Source: Acidobacteriota bacterium (lineage in GTDB: Bacteria; Acidobacteriota; Terriglobia; Acidiferrales; UBA7541). From it: 64,000 bases of DNA. The notes beneath the pieces are model-generated. The model was given only the letters and a program-made list of their open reading frames with translations, was not told the origin of the DNA and did no database searches. The stretch covers positions 8,835 through 72,834 of the forward strand of contig QHYQ01000243.1 in NCBI GenBank assembly GCA_003224175.1, given 5' to 3'. Shown here in pieces: positions 8,484 through 18,511 of this stretch. Numbering within the stretch: the first letter of the stretch is position 1; the number at the start of each line of letters is the position of its first letter. The position numbers were made by a program, and so were the translations under genes.

Positions 8484-9515
8484 TCAACGTTCCGGTGTTT
8501 GCTGCTCCAACTTGCGCACACGCTCGGCCAACTCCGGCAGACGCGTAAACCATCCGTACTGTTCTTTGAACCGTTGAATGGGGCGGGCCGGCGTGCCCCA
8601 CACGGTCTGTCCGCGACGAATTATTTTCCCACTCGGAATGCCTGCCTGAGCACCGGCAATACATCCCGCTTCTAACTGGCAGTGATCGGCGATGCCCACC
8701 TGACCTCCGATGACCACATCGCTCCCAATAAGGGAGCTTCCGGCAATTCCAGTCTGTGCCGCCACCAGCGTTCGCTCGCCAACTTGGACGTTGTGTGCCA
8801 GGTGTACGAGATTATCCAGTTTTACCTGGGGCGCCAATCGCGTGATCCCCAGCGAACCGCGAGCAATCGTAGTGTTGGCGCCGATTTCCACATCGTCAGC
8901 GATCTCCAAAGTGCCAGCCTGCGGAAACTTCCAATGTTTGCCTTGGTCTGTCACGTAGCCAAACCCATCGCAACCCAAAACCGCTCCCGAATGGACGATA
9001 ACGTTGCTGCCCATCTTGACGCCGGCGTAAAGCGTCACGCGAGGATATAGCCGGCAAGTCCGGCCAAGCCTAGTTCCTCGTCCGAGAAAGCAAAAAGCTC
9101 CTATCTGCGTCTCCTCGCCAATTTCAACTTCCTCCTCGATGACTGCAAAAGGACCTACCGCGGTGCCGCGACCCAGATGTGCGGATTCGGCTATAACGGC
9201 CGTTGGGTGCACTCCAGAGGCGACTGGAAAGGCAGGAACAAGCCAGGCCGCGGCACGTGCAAAGGCGAGCTTCGGCTGCGCGGCGACGATTAGAGTCTTG
9301 CCGGACATAGCGAGGTCAGGTGAGGTGATAACGCAGCGCGCATTTGATCGAACCACGCGCTCCAGATGACGGCGGGAATCGAGGAAAACTATATCGTCCG
9401 CTTGAGCCGCCTCAGGACTGGCTACCCCTTTCAACATCAGGGCACTCTCACCTTGAAGGGGGCACCCGAGAAACTCCGCCAGATTTCCGGCTGTTCGATT
9501 CGCCATGATCACCAC
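8484..9515 (-). CDS. lpxD: UDP-3-O-acylglucosamine N-acyltransferase
   Basis: 343 aa. An N-terminal LpxD-type domain is followed by a long run of hexapeptide (left-handed beta-helix) repeats (IGANTTIARGS..., VGERTLVAAQTGIAGSSLIGSDVVIGGQVGIADH). Confidence 0.9.
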   Translation of the reverse strand: MVIMANRTAGNLAEFLGCPLQGESALMLKGVASPEAAQADDIVFLDSRRHLERVVRSNARCVITSPDLAMSGKTLIVAAQPKLAFARAAAWLVPAFPVASGVHPTAVIAESAHLGRGTAVGPFAVIEEEVEIGEETQIGAFCFLGRGTRLGRTCRLYPRVTLYAGVKMGSNVIVHSGAVLGCDGFGYVTDQGKHWKFPQAGTLEIADDVEIGANTTIARGSLGITRLAPQVKLDNLVHLAHNVQVGERTLVAAQTGIAGSSLIGSDVVIGGQVGIADHCQLEAGCIAGAQAGIPSGKIIRRGQTVWGTPARPIQRFKEQYGWFTRLPELAERVRKLEQQTPER

Positions 9516-9536
9516 CGACCTCCTTAACCGGGATAT

Positions 9537-10478
9537 TTAGTCGCCTCGCGTCTGTTTAGCATACTCACGCTGTTCGTCGGGATATATTGGCAATTCATGA
9601 GCAGGGCGGGTCTTCCAGCGCCGATGTACCCAGAGCCATTGGTCCGGAAAGCGCCGCACATAGTCCTCGATCACCTCATTGAAACGCGTCGAATAGTTAT
9701 GGATATCGCTCTGCTCGTCCTCGGTGGCAGTGAGCTCGAGCGCCGGCTCGTAACGCAAGCGGTACTTGCGTATTCGCGGATCCCAGTAGTTATAAGCAGG
9801 AACTACCGCCGCTCCAGTGCGTCGCGCCAGTCGTGCGATTCCGCTGGTCGTGGCGGCGGGAATGCCGAAGAAGTCTGCGAAAACGGCTTCGTGCGGAACT
9901 GTGTTCTGGTCCGCTAGAACTCCGATGACGCCTCCCTCGTGAAGAATTCGAAGAATACTGCGTGCCGACTCGTTTTTCTTGACCGGCCTGTTCCCTGATG
10001 CGCAACGGTAACGGTTCACGAGCGCGTCGACACGGGGATTGTCGATGGGCCGCACCAGGAAATAAATCGGACCGCTGTAAAGCGCGTGCGCGAATGGCTC
10101 GAGCTCCCACGCACCCATATGGCCGGTCAAGAACAGGACCCCTTTGCCGCGCCGTTCCGCTGCAGCGAAATTTTCGAAACCATCGAGAATGATCGCTTTT
10201 TCAATGTTGCCGCGCGTGTAGCGCGGCAAGCGTGCGAATTCTGCCGCCATCCAGCCCAGGTTGCGCAGCATGCCCTTCAAAATGTCACGGCGTGCGGTCT
10301 CCGGCAGTTCGGGGAAAGCCAGCCGCAGATTGAATTCTGCGGCTCTTCGAAGCGGCGGCCGAATGGCGAAGAGACAATTGGCAACGAGCACGCCGATGGC
10401 TCGAGCCATCGTCCGAGGTAAACATCCCAGGAATTTGAGCATGATCCAAGCGGAAGCATACTCGAGACGCTCGCGCAT
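9537..10478 (-). CDS. Lipid A biosynthesis (LpxL/HtrB family) lysophospholipid acyltransferase
   Basis: 313 aa. The N-terminal membrane anchor, an HMGAWE (H-x4-E) acyltransferase motif and the family-typical C-terminus PDQWLWVHRRWK are present. It is adjacent to lpxD. Confidence 0.8.
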   Translation of the reverse strand: MRERLEYASAWIMLKFLGCLPRTMARAIGVLVANCLFAIRPPLRRAAEFNLRLAFPELPETARRDILKGMLRNLGWMAAEFARLPRYTRGNIEKAIILDGFENFAAAERRGKGVLFLTGHMGAWELEPFAHALYSGPIYFLVRPIDNPRVDALVNRYRCASGNRPVKKNESARSILRILHEGGVIGVLADQNTVPHEAVFADFFGIPAATTSGIARLARRTGAAVVPAYNYWDPRIRKYRLRYEPALELTATEDEQSDIHNYSTRFNEVIEDYVRRFPDQWLWVHRRWKTRPAHELPIYPDEQREYAKQTRGD

Positions 10479-10626
10479 GAGGCGCCATTATGCGCGACGC
10501 AGCGGCTCTTGCGCCAGCAGCGAAAGCTGGGCAGCTCGGCGCATCGAACAATAATCCTGCCGCGCTGAACGCGAATCGCGAGTGCCTTCTTTGGAATGGC
10601 CATTGCAAAGGTATTCTTCCGGCGAG

Positions 10627-11547
10627 CTATCTCGGCAGATTCGAAAGGAAGAAAGAAGCAATGCGATTTTCGTAGTTGCGTTTTTCCTCATCCAACATCC
10701 CGGCATAATTTCCGCGCACTAGCGTAACCTGCTCTTTCGGCTCCGGAGCCGCGAGGAAAAGCTGGGAAGTGATCTTGGCCAGATCAGGACTGTCAGACGC
10801 CTCTATGAAGAGCTTGGGCACTCCCGATAGGCGTGACAGCCGTTGCGCCAGTGGAGGCACTCCAACATTGCCATGATTCAGCCACTCGAACGCCTTTTCC
10901 GCAAAGTTAGGCAAGAGCGGTAACGAGCTAATGCCATAACGGTTCACGAGGATGCGCAGCATCTCCTGCGGCCGATCGTATACCGATTCAATCGCAATCG
11001 CTCGAACTCGAGGATCGGATTCCGCCAAAGACAAGGCCGCATAACTACCCATGTCCGTACCCCACAAACCGAATCGGGACTTGTCCACATCCGTGCGCTG
11101 CGCCAGGGCGGATAGGGCTGCGCGCAGCTCCTGAACTTCGCGATAGCCGAGCGTCGTTTCAATCCTCTTGGGGCCGTCGCCGGTAAATTGCACGAGAGTC
11201 ACGTTGTACCCCTGCTCTTGAAGAGCCGTTGCCAAAGGCAATAATTCCTCGCGACCCTCCCCGTAGCCGGGACACAGGAGAATTGTCGGCGCTGACTTCA
11301 GGCCCGGGAAAAACCAACCTTCCCGCGTTCCTGCGCTTTCAACTGAATAGGAAATCTGCTCCGGATGGCCCGGAAAATTCGCCAAATCGATAGGTTGGCT
11401 GCCGCTCCGCGGCGTAACAACGTTGTACACCAAGAAACCCGATATGATGGCCGCCGCCACGAAAGTAAAGAAACTTAGAGCCAGAAGTGCCGCGATTGAT
11501 TTGGAGTACCAGCGCGTTGGATAACGGAATTCCGAAAGAAGACCCAT
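10627..11547 (-). CDS. Membrane-anchored alpha/beta-hydrolase fold protein
   Basis: 306 aa with one N-terminal transmembrane helix and a hydrolase-fold core. The elbow reads GTDMG, with Asp where Ser is usual. Confidence 0.6.
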   Translation of the reverse strand: MGLLSEFRYPTRWYSKSIAALLALSFFTFVAAAIISGFLVYNVVTPRSGSQPIDLANFPGHPEQISYSVESAGTREGWFFPGLKSAPTILLCPGYGEGREELLPLATALQEQGYNVTLVQFTGDGPKRIETTLGYREVQELRAALSALAQRTDVDKSRFGLWGTDMGSYAALSLAESDPRVRAIAIESVYDRPQEMLRILVNRYGISSLPLLPNFAEKAFEWLNHGNVGVPPLAQRLSRLSGVPKLFIEASDSPDLAKITSQLFLAAPEPKEQVTLVRGNYAGMLDEEKRNYENRIASFFLSNLPR

Positions 11548-11714
11548 GTCTGCCTTGAGACGCCCGGCTGGCGCATGTTAACACAGTGAACTTGCTAGAA
11601 ACTGCGCGATAAGGCGGTACGTGTCCCACCAGACAGTTTTCAGCGACGGGAGACCCAGGCGGCGCTATCATATGGCAATCGGCATCGAGGACACCCCTGG
11701 AATTCGAGAGTTTC

Positions 11715-12704
11715 ATGACCATTGTGGACTTACGCCAACTGAGCTCGCGTCAAATCGAGCCGCTGCTGATCGAAGAAGCGCAGCGATGGAAAGAGGAGTT
11801 ACGCTGGGATTATCGTTCCTCACTGGACCTGATAAAAAAGTTCGTGGAGGCCAGGTCACTCGCGGGTTGCGCTGCTCTGGAAGACGGTGAAGCCGCTGGT
11901 TATGCCTTTTATGTTATCGAGGAGCACAAAGGACTGCTGGGCGGCTTGTACGTCTCGCCGCGTTTCCCGCAGATGCCTCTGGCGAACAAGCTTCTGACCA
12001 GCACGCTCGAGACGCTCCGGGCGCTTCCTTATATAGGGCGCATCGAAGCTCAGTTGGTCCCTTTCGGCTGTGAGTTTGACGCGGCGCTCGCGAGGGAGGG
12101 CTTCCACCTCTATCCACGCCAATTCATGCTGCTCGATCTGAACCGCCTCCCGCCCAATTCCGCGGCAAACGGGGGCTCGCCGAATTCAAATGAGTTCTCG
12201 GGACTGCGGCTCGAAGAGTGGAACGATCGCTACTTCGCCCCTTGCGCGCGGCTGATTCAGCTGGCCTACGCGGACCACATGGACGGGGAGATCAACGATC
12301 AATATCGCAGCGAAGAAGGGGCCCTGAAATTTCTGAAGAACATCATCATGCTGCCGGGCTGCGGGCAATTCCAGGAGCACGCTTCCTTTGTTTTGCGCGC
12401 GCCGCACAGTCACGAACTGGTCGGCGCCGTGCTGACTTCTGCAGTCGCGCCCGGCGTTGGTCACACGACGCAGATCTGTGTGATGCCGGGTTATCAGCGG
12501 CAGGGACTGGGGAGGCGCTTGATCCAGGCCACCATTCAATCGTTGCGAGCGCAGCGTTTTAATGCACTTTCGCTGACGGTCACCGCCGCCAACCAGCGGG
12601 CTGTGGCCTTGTACGCGAGCCTCGGATTCACGCAAATCAAAACTTTCACAGCTGGCGTTTGGAAGTCACCAGACGCCTCGAATCGCCGCGGCTTATTTTC
12701 GTGA
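11715..12704 (+). CDS. GNAT family N-acetyltransferase
   Basis: 329 aa. The acetyl-CoA binding motif QRQGLGRRLIQATIQSL...ALYASLGF lies in the C-terminal half. Confidence 0.8.
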   Translation: MTIVDLRQLSSRQIEPLLIEEAQRWKEELRWDYRSSLDLIKKFVEARSLAGCAALEDGEAAGYAFYVIEEHKGLLGGLYVSPRFPQMPLANKLLTSTLETLRALPYIGRIEAQLVPFGCEFDAALAREGFHLYPRQFMLLDLNRLPPNSAANGGSPNSNEFSGLRLEEWNDRYFAPCARLIQLAYADHMDGEINDQYRSEEGALKFLKNIIMLPGCGQFQEHASFVLRAPHSHELVGAVLTSAVAPGVGHTTQICVMPGYQRQGLGRRLIQATIQSLRAQRFNALSLTVTAANQRAVALYASLGFTQIKTFTAGVWKSPDASNRRGLFS

Positions 12705-13157
12705 GCGTTCTCGAAGCAAACCCTTTAATTCGGTCATAAACTCCCGCACGTCTTTGAAGTCGAGGTAAACAGAAGCAAAGCGCACGTATGCCACTTTATC
12801 CAATTTCTTCAAACGGGCCATGAGCAACTCGCCAATCTCGCTGGTCGTACGCTCCCGCTCCGGTGCATCGTGAACGAATCGCTCGACCTCGTCGACCAGC
12901 GACTCGAGTCTTGTCGTAGGCACCGGGCGCTTTTCACAGGACTTCAGCAGTCCCTGCAAGATCTTTTGCCGGTCAAATCGTTCCCGCCGGCCGTCCTTCT
13001 TGATGACCATATAGGGAATCTCGTCAATTCGTTCGTAGGTCGTGAAACGGCGTCCGCATTTGAGGCATTCCCGGCGACGGCGGATCAGATCACCGGTGCG
13101 GCCCTCGCGAGAATCGATCACCTTGTCGTCGCTAAACGAGCAGAACGGACACTTCAA
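12693..13157 (-). CDS. nrdR: Transcriptional repressor NrdR
   Basis: 154 aa. MKCPFCSFSDDKVIDSREGR...CLKCGRRFTTYERIDE is the zinc ribbon, followed by an ATP-cone. Confidence 0.95.
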   Translation of the reverse strand: MKCPFCSFSDDKVIDSREGRTGDLIRRRRECLKCGRRFTTYERIDEIPYMVIKKDGRRERFDRQKILQGLLKSCEKRPVPTTRLESLVDEVERFVHDAPERERTTSEIGELLMARLKKLDKVAYVRFASVYLDFKDVREFMTELKGLLRERSRK

Positions 13158-13163
13158 CCGGCG

Positions 13164-14300
13164 CTACCCCCTCTCTCCCGATTCCCTTTGGGAACCGCCC
13201 TTAGCCACTCGGGTCAAAGAAACGTGCTTCCCGGTTTGTTCGGCCGCTCTCTCCGCCCGCGCGAGATTGCGCAGTTCGCCCATGGACAATCCTTCGTGGA
13301 TCAGCAGCGGAACGCCCACCAATGTTGCCGCGGCGAAGGTGATCAGCCACAGCACGATGGCAATCGCCGCCGCGGGCTCCTGCTCTACTTCAAAGATGGT
13401 GGTCAACGCGATGATGCTGGCCACCTGAGCGCCGCCTCCCACGCCCGGCAATTGCAATACGGAGCCCACTAGCGTCACAGCCAATAGCAGCATCGCCCCG
13501 GGGAATGTCACGTCCGATTGAACGAAGTCGCTGGCGAACGCGCGCGCAATCCAAAAGTAGATCAGCGCCACCAATCCCCAATGCGCACACGTGTAAACCA
13601 CCGCAAGCAACAGATCCGAGGGCCCGCGAATCGCCTGCAATCCTTCGCTGAAACCGGCGATGATCTTCGCCAGCCAACCCTTCACTCCTCCCGCACGGTG
13701 CCAGTAATCGAGACGCCGTTCGAGCACTCCCGCACCATGCAGCCGGAAATAAACCATCAGCACTACCCCGGCCGCCAGCGCGCCCAGCAAAAGCCAGCCA
13801 CCCGCGTGGGCGTTCTCCACCCAATCCGTGTTCAATCCCGCATCCGCGAGCTTTTCCTCAAATACGAGAAGGCTCAACGCCGCCAGGAGCCCGGCGGCGC
13901 CGAAATCTATGATTCGCTCGAGGACCCAAACACCGAAGATGCCAGGAACGGGCTGATGGCTCTTGCGTGCGAGCAACAAGGGACGAACGGGTTCGCCGGC
14001 GCGGCCCAGAATGAATATGGCGGCGAAGCCCATCACGGTAGCCTTGTAAACGTCCCCAAAGCCGGTCGACCCTAAATAGCGCGAGAGCCGCTGCCAACGG
14101 AGCGAGCGCAGCGCATAAGCGCCATAAACGGCGATGACTGATAGCAGCAAAAGCCGGACGTTGGCCTGGCCAACTGCGTGGATGAAGCGGCTCCAGGTAA
14201 AGTCGCCTAGGTGAATCTTGCGGCGGGAAAGATAGGCAAGCGCGGCCAGCGCCCCTAAAGCTAATGCCGCCAGGAGAAGTTTGCGAAGAAAGCCGCGCAT
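13164..14300 (-). CDS. Polytopic membrane protein, lysylphosphatidylglycerol-synthase-TM-like (UPF0104) family
   Basis: 378 aa with multiple hydrophobic helices. The family call comes from overall composition and pattern only. Confidence 0.5.
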   Translation of the reverse strand: MRGFLRKLLLAALALGALAALAYLSRRKIHLGDFTWSRFIHAVGQANVRLLLLSVIAVYGAYALRSLRWQRLSRYLGSTGFGDVYKATVMGFAAIFILGRAGEPVRPLLLARKSHQPVPGIFGVWVLERIIDFGAAGLLAALSLLVFEEKLADAGLNTDWVENAHAGGWLLLGALAAGVVLMVYFRLHGAGVLERRLDYWHRAGGVKGWLAKIIAGFSEGLQAIRGPSDLLLAVVYTCAHWGLVALIYFWIARAFASDFVQSDVTFPGAMLLLAVTLVGSVLQLPGVGGGAQVASIIALTTIFEVEQEPAAAIAIVLWLITFAAATLVGVPLLIHEGLSMGELRNLARAERAAEQTGKHVSLTRVAKGGSQRESGERG

Positions 14301-14421
14301 CCGTTGGCGAGACTAACCGTAGCGCAATGAGGTGTCAAGGAAACCGCGCCTCAGGAATTTCTGTCGGTGCTCGACGGAAAGCACATGGGTAGCTGGAATT
14401 TCATTCGTACGTAATCTGCGA

Positions 14422-15726
14422 CTAACGTACGACCGTGCCTTCAAGAATCTCAAAGAAACCCGGATGTGAGATGCCCACGCACTCACTATCACGGATAATG
14501 GAGCCGCCTTGAGCTCCCAAGGCAGCGATGGCAAAGGCCATGGCCATGCGATGATCTCCCCGCGGATCGATCTCCGCGCCGCGCAAGCGCCCTCCGGCTC
14601 GTCCTTTTATCCGCAGTCCGTCAGGGTGCTCCTCTACTTGCGCCCCCATGCGCCGCAAGTTATCAGCGAGAACCGCGATACGGTCGCTCTCTTTGACTCT
14701 CAACTCGGCGGCGTCGCGGATCTCTACCCCGTTTTCAGTGTAAGGGCCGAGCGCGGCGAGCATGGGCAGTTCATCAATCAATTGGGCGATCAGTTCGCCC
14801 GAGAGGGTGCCGCCAGATAGATCGGCGTGACGCATGGAAACATCGCCCATCAATTCGCCCGATTCTCCTCGCAATGCCACGATTCTTAACGGCGCCCCCC
14901 ACCCGCTAAGCACATCGAGTACCGCGGATCGAGTCGGGTTCAAGCCGACGTTGTGAATGACGATACTGGAATCGGGAAGAATAAGCGCCGCTCCGAGAAA
15001 AAATACCGCGGAAGAGAGATCGCCTGGGATCATAGCCCGCCGGGCCTCGAGGCGTGGCCGTCCGGAGACGCTTACTATGCTGCCGACCTGGCGAACATCG
15101 GCGCCGAACTCCCGCAGAGCCACTTCGGTGTGGTCTCTGGTGCGAACAGGCTCTTCAACCGATGTATCCCCTTCCGCGAAGAGCCCCGCAAGTAAGACGG
15201 CGGATTTTACTTGAGCGCTGGGAACCGGCAGCGTGTATTGGATGGGCTGCAGAGCCGAACCCCTGATTTCGAGCGGTGCAAAATTGGCCTCACGAGCCTG
15301 AATACGTGCTCCCATGCGCTCCAGTGGCTCGATGACCCGGCGCATGGGACGCCGTCTCAGCGATGAATCTCCGGTCAGGATCGAATTGAAATGCTGGCCC
15401 GCCAGAACCCCGGTCAGGAGCCGCATCGTCGTGCCCGAATTCCCTGCATCCAGCGAACGTCGAGCGACCCGGAGCCCGTCGGTGCCCGCTCCTGCAATCA
15501 CAACCTCTGCGTCGCCGTTTCGACCAGTCCGCTCGACGCCGACGCCCAATCGCTCAAGACAATCAAGCGTGCTCTGGCAATCCGCCGCTTCGGAATAATG
15601 GCTGATTTCGCTTCGCCCTCGTGCCAGCGCCGCCAGAATGGCATAACGGTGCGAGATGGACTTATCTCCCGGAAGCTCAACAACTCCGGAGATCGAGCGA
15701 GCCGGATCGACGGTCTTATCGGCCAC
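14422..15726 (-). CDS. aroA: 3-phosphoshikimate 1-carboxyvinyltransferase (EPSP synthase)
   Basis: 434 aa with LPGDKSISHRY, DAGNSGTTMRLL and RVKESDRI motifs. Confidence 0.95.
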   Translation of the reverse strand: MADKTVDPARSISGVVELPGDKSISHRYAILAALARGRSEISHYSEAADCQSTLDCLERLGVGVERTGRNGDAEVVIAGAGTDGLRVARRSLDAGNSGTTMRLLTGVLAGQHFNSILTGDSSLRRRPMRRVIEPLERMGARIQAREANFAPLEIRGSALQPIQYTLPVPSAQVKSAVLLAGLFAEGDTSVEEPVRTRDHTEVALREFGADVRQVGSIVSVSGRPRLEARRAMIPGDLSSAVFFLGAALILPDSSIVIHNVGLNPTRSAVLDVLSGWGAPLRIVALRGESGELMGDVSMRHADLSGGTLSGELIAQLIDELPMLAALGPYTENGVEIRDAAELRVKESDRIAVLADNLRRMGAQVEEHPDGLRIKGRAGGRLRGAEIDPRGDHRMAMAFAIAALGAQGGSIIRDSECVGISHPGFFEILEGTVVR

Positions 15727-15905
15727 GAGGCGATTCTAACACGCAGCCAGAACACACTCTCTAAGGGCTCGAGCGCCGTCTTCAAGAGTAAGTGGGCGGC
15801 AAGAAAGTGAGCGGCCGGCAACTCGAAGGCGCCCTAGTGCCTTCCAAATAAGCAGCTTGGAGGAAACTTCTCGCAAGAAAACGGCGTTCGTATTACAAAG
15901 GAGCT

Positions 15906-16730
15906 ATGAAACTCCCCTTCGGTAGGGAACTAACGATTCTGGTCTCGGCCTCACTGCTCTTTGGCGCGACCTCGGCCGTCCGCCAATTGCAGGCGCAATC
16001 GACCCTCAAGGATGCTCCGCAGACCAGGCCAGCCCGTTCAGAGAGCAATCGAGGCGAAAGTCCCATCCATCAGCATCAGCACGACGGGACTATGCCAGGC
16101 ATGGATATGGAAGATGATACTGGTAGTCATGCCCAAGCTGGTGCGATGCAATCGATGACTCACAGCCACCACATGGAGAGCGTTCATATGCGCATGACAC
16201 CCGTTCGCTCGGCGAGTGCCGAGGATCGCAGTCGTGCCGATGAAATTGCCGCCACTTTGGCCCGTGCAATCGAAAGATACACGGACTATCGTGTTGCCCT
16301 GGCCGATGGCTTCCACATTTTCGCGCCCAACCTCCCGCAGGCTCAGTATCACTTTACGAACTACTGGAACGGGTACTTGGAAGGCTTCACTTTCGATCCC
16401 TCCCGGCCTACATCGCTCCTCTACAGAAAGACTCGGGATGGGTACGAACTGATTGGAGCCATGTACACCGCGCCCAGAAGTGCGAGTCTCGAGGAACTGG
16501 ACGAGCGCATACCCCTCGGCGTGGCTCGCTGGCATCAGCATACAAATCTGTGCATGCCAAAGCGCGGTCAAGGCACGCATGCCGATTGGACAAGGTTTGG
16601 CTTAATAGGTTCTATCTCGACCGAAGAGGAATGCCAGGAGGCCAGCGGGCGCTTTTATCCAGTGATTTTCGGCTGGATGGTCCACGTTTATCCGTTCGAA
16701 TCGTCACTGGCCAAGGTTTGGGCCCAATGA
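15906..16730 (+). CDS. Secreted protein of unknown function with an N-terminal His/Met-rich segment
   Basis: 274 aa. The signal peptide MKLPFGRELTILVSASLLFGATSAVRQLQA is followed by HQHQHDGTMPGMDMEDDTGSHAQAGAMQSMTHSHHMESVHMRM. Confidence 0.6.
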   Translation: MKLPFGRELTILVSASLLFGATSAVRQLQAQSTLKDAPQTRPARSESNRGESPIHQHQHDGTMPGMDMEDDTGSHAQAGAMQSMTHSHHMESVHMRMTPVRSASAEDRSRADEIAATLARAIERYTDYRVALADGFHIFAPNLPQAQYHFTNYWNGYLEGFTFDPSRPTSLLYRKTRDGYELIGAMYTAPRSASLEELDERIPLGVARWHQHTNLCMPKRGQGTHADWTRFGLIGSISTEEECQEASGRFYPVIFGWMVHVYPFESSLAKVWAQ

Positions 16731-16835
16731 CTTCGACTGCGACTCATTGATTCCCGCAGCCTTGGCGCGTATGATAAGTGTCTTGCTGATAGAAAACCTC
16801 GACCGTCAGACCCCGTGGTCTGCTTTGGTGAAAAT

Positions 16836-18479
16836 ATGCTTTCTTCATGCTTGAGATCGTTGGCTTCTAAAGGCTTGTTTCGGCATCTGGTCTTTTTTGT
16901 TGTTGCTCTTATGCTGGGCTCTCTCGCAGCGCCGGCTGTTCGCGCTGCCGGCGATCAGCCTCCCATTCTTCCGCTGGACCAGGTCAAACCCGGAATGAGA
17001 GGGGTCGCGTACACCATCTTTGCTGGAGACAACATCGAGCCCTTCGATATTGAGGTGATCGGCATAATGCCGAACCTGATGGGGCCAAAGCAGTCGATCA
17101 TCCTAATCCAATTGCATGGGGACAAGGCGGAACACACCGGCGTAGTTGCCGGCATGAGCGGAAGTCCCGTCTATGTAGACGGAAAGCTCATGGGAGCGCT
17201 CTCACTGAAGTTTGGCGTATTCGTGAAAGAACCCCTGGCCGGGGTGACTCCCATTGAGGATATCTTGTCGATTCCCACCGGCGATTCATCGAATCCCAAG
17301 GCTCTGAGCGTACGATCGACAGCGGACAATCATGTTGAACCCGCAGCCACCATCGGAGGGGCTGCTTCATCGGCTTCGATCAGTGAATTGCCGCATTACC
17401 CGGTCCCCACACAATGGGCCCGGGCTGCCGGAGCTTCCGGGGATGCCTACCTCGAACCTATCGCCGCGCCTCTCGTGTTCTCGGGTTTTGCTCCGGCCAC
17501 AGTGCGTCAGTATGCCGGAGAATGGGCGGCCTATGGAATGGTGGCCAGCGCTGGTGGAACCGCGCCGCCCGCCAGCGATGACGCCAAAGTTGTTCCGGGC
17601 GACATGGTGAGCATGGTGCTGGTGCAAGGTGATATCTCTATGAGCGCCGCCTGCACCGTGACTGCTGTTACGGACGATCGCGTTTATGCTTGCGGCCATC
17701 CGCTCTTCGGTTTGGGCTCAAGCAATATGCCTTTGGCGCGGGGCCGTACTCTCACTACGCTCGCTTCTGACTTCAATTCCACCAAGATTGTAAATGCCGG
17801 CGGCGTCATTGGGACGCTCACCGAGGACAGGCTGACCGCTGTAATGGGGCGCATTGGACCCGCGCCACAAATGATCCCCGTTGACCTCACCGTCGTCACA
17901 CCGGCCGGAGAAAAACACTTTCACTCCGAGATGTTCTCGAATCCGAAGCTGACGCCGCTCCTGATGGGCCTCATCGCCTTCAACGGTCTGACGCAAAACA
18001 CCGCGTATGGTGAAGGCAGTACGATGAAGCTCAGCGGTGACATCGATATCAGCGGACATTCTCCCGTTTCGCTCGAAGATATGTACGCCCCCACCGATCA
18101 GTTTGTCCCGGACGGGACCTTCGTGGCCTCCAGCGTGCAAACGACATTTACCCGCATTTTCTCGAATCCTTACGAGATGCCCAAGATCGATAAGGTAAGT
18201 CTGCGAGTTGAGGCCATCCCGGACCGGCGGGTTGCTTCGATCCTCAATGCGTGGTCGGAAGTGAGCGAAGCCCAACCGGGCGATCCCGTCACCATCAAAG
18301 TCCTCCTGCGGCCTTATCGCGGCACGCCCATGATTCGGGACGTTGCCATTACCATCCCGCCCCAAGCAGCCCGCGGCAGCACGTTGAGAGTGCAGGTCAG
18401 CGACGCCGATTCGCTCAATCGAATTCCCAATTTGAGATTAAGTAAATCGAGTCCGCGGCGGCCGCGCGTCACACCATAG
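16836..18479 (+). CDS. SpoIVB-type (S55) serine peptidase-like secreted protein
   Basis: Signal/anchor LVFFVVALMLGSLAAPAVRA and the motif VVAGMSGSPVYVDGKLMGAL (GMSGSP serine motif). The ATG at 16836 is preferred over the GTG at 16815. Confidence 0.65.
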   Translation: MLSSCLRSLASKGLFRHLVFFVVALMLGSLAAPAVRAAGDQPPILPLDQVKPGMRGVAYTIFAGDNIEPFDIEVIGIMPNLMGPKQSIILIQLHGDKAEHTGVVAGMSGSPVYVDGKLMGALSLKFGVFVKEPLAGVTPIEDILSIPTGDSSNPKALSVRSTADNHVEPAATIGGAASSASISELPHYPVPTQWARAAGASGDAYLEPIAAPLVFSGFAPATVRQYAGEWAAYGMVASAGGTAPPASDDAKVVPGDMVSMVLVQGDISMSAACTVTAVTDDRVYACGHPLFGLGSSNMPLARGRTLTTLASDFNSTKIVNAGGVIGTLTEDRLTAVMGRIGPAPQMIPVDLTVVTPAGEKHFHSEMFSNPKLTPLLMGLIAFNGLTQNTAYGEGSTMKLSGDIDISGHSPVSLEDMYAPTDQFVPDGTFVASSVQTTFTRIFSNPYEMPKIDKVSLRVEAIPDRRVASILNAWSEVSEAQPGDPVTIKVLLRPYRGTPMIRDVAITIPPQAARGSTLRVQVSDADSLNRIPNLRLSKSSPRRPRVTP

Positions 18480-18511
18480 TGGCTTTCCCTGCTGCGGTTT
18501 GAAAGGATTTT

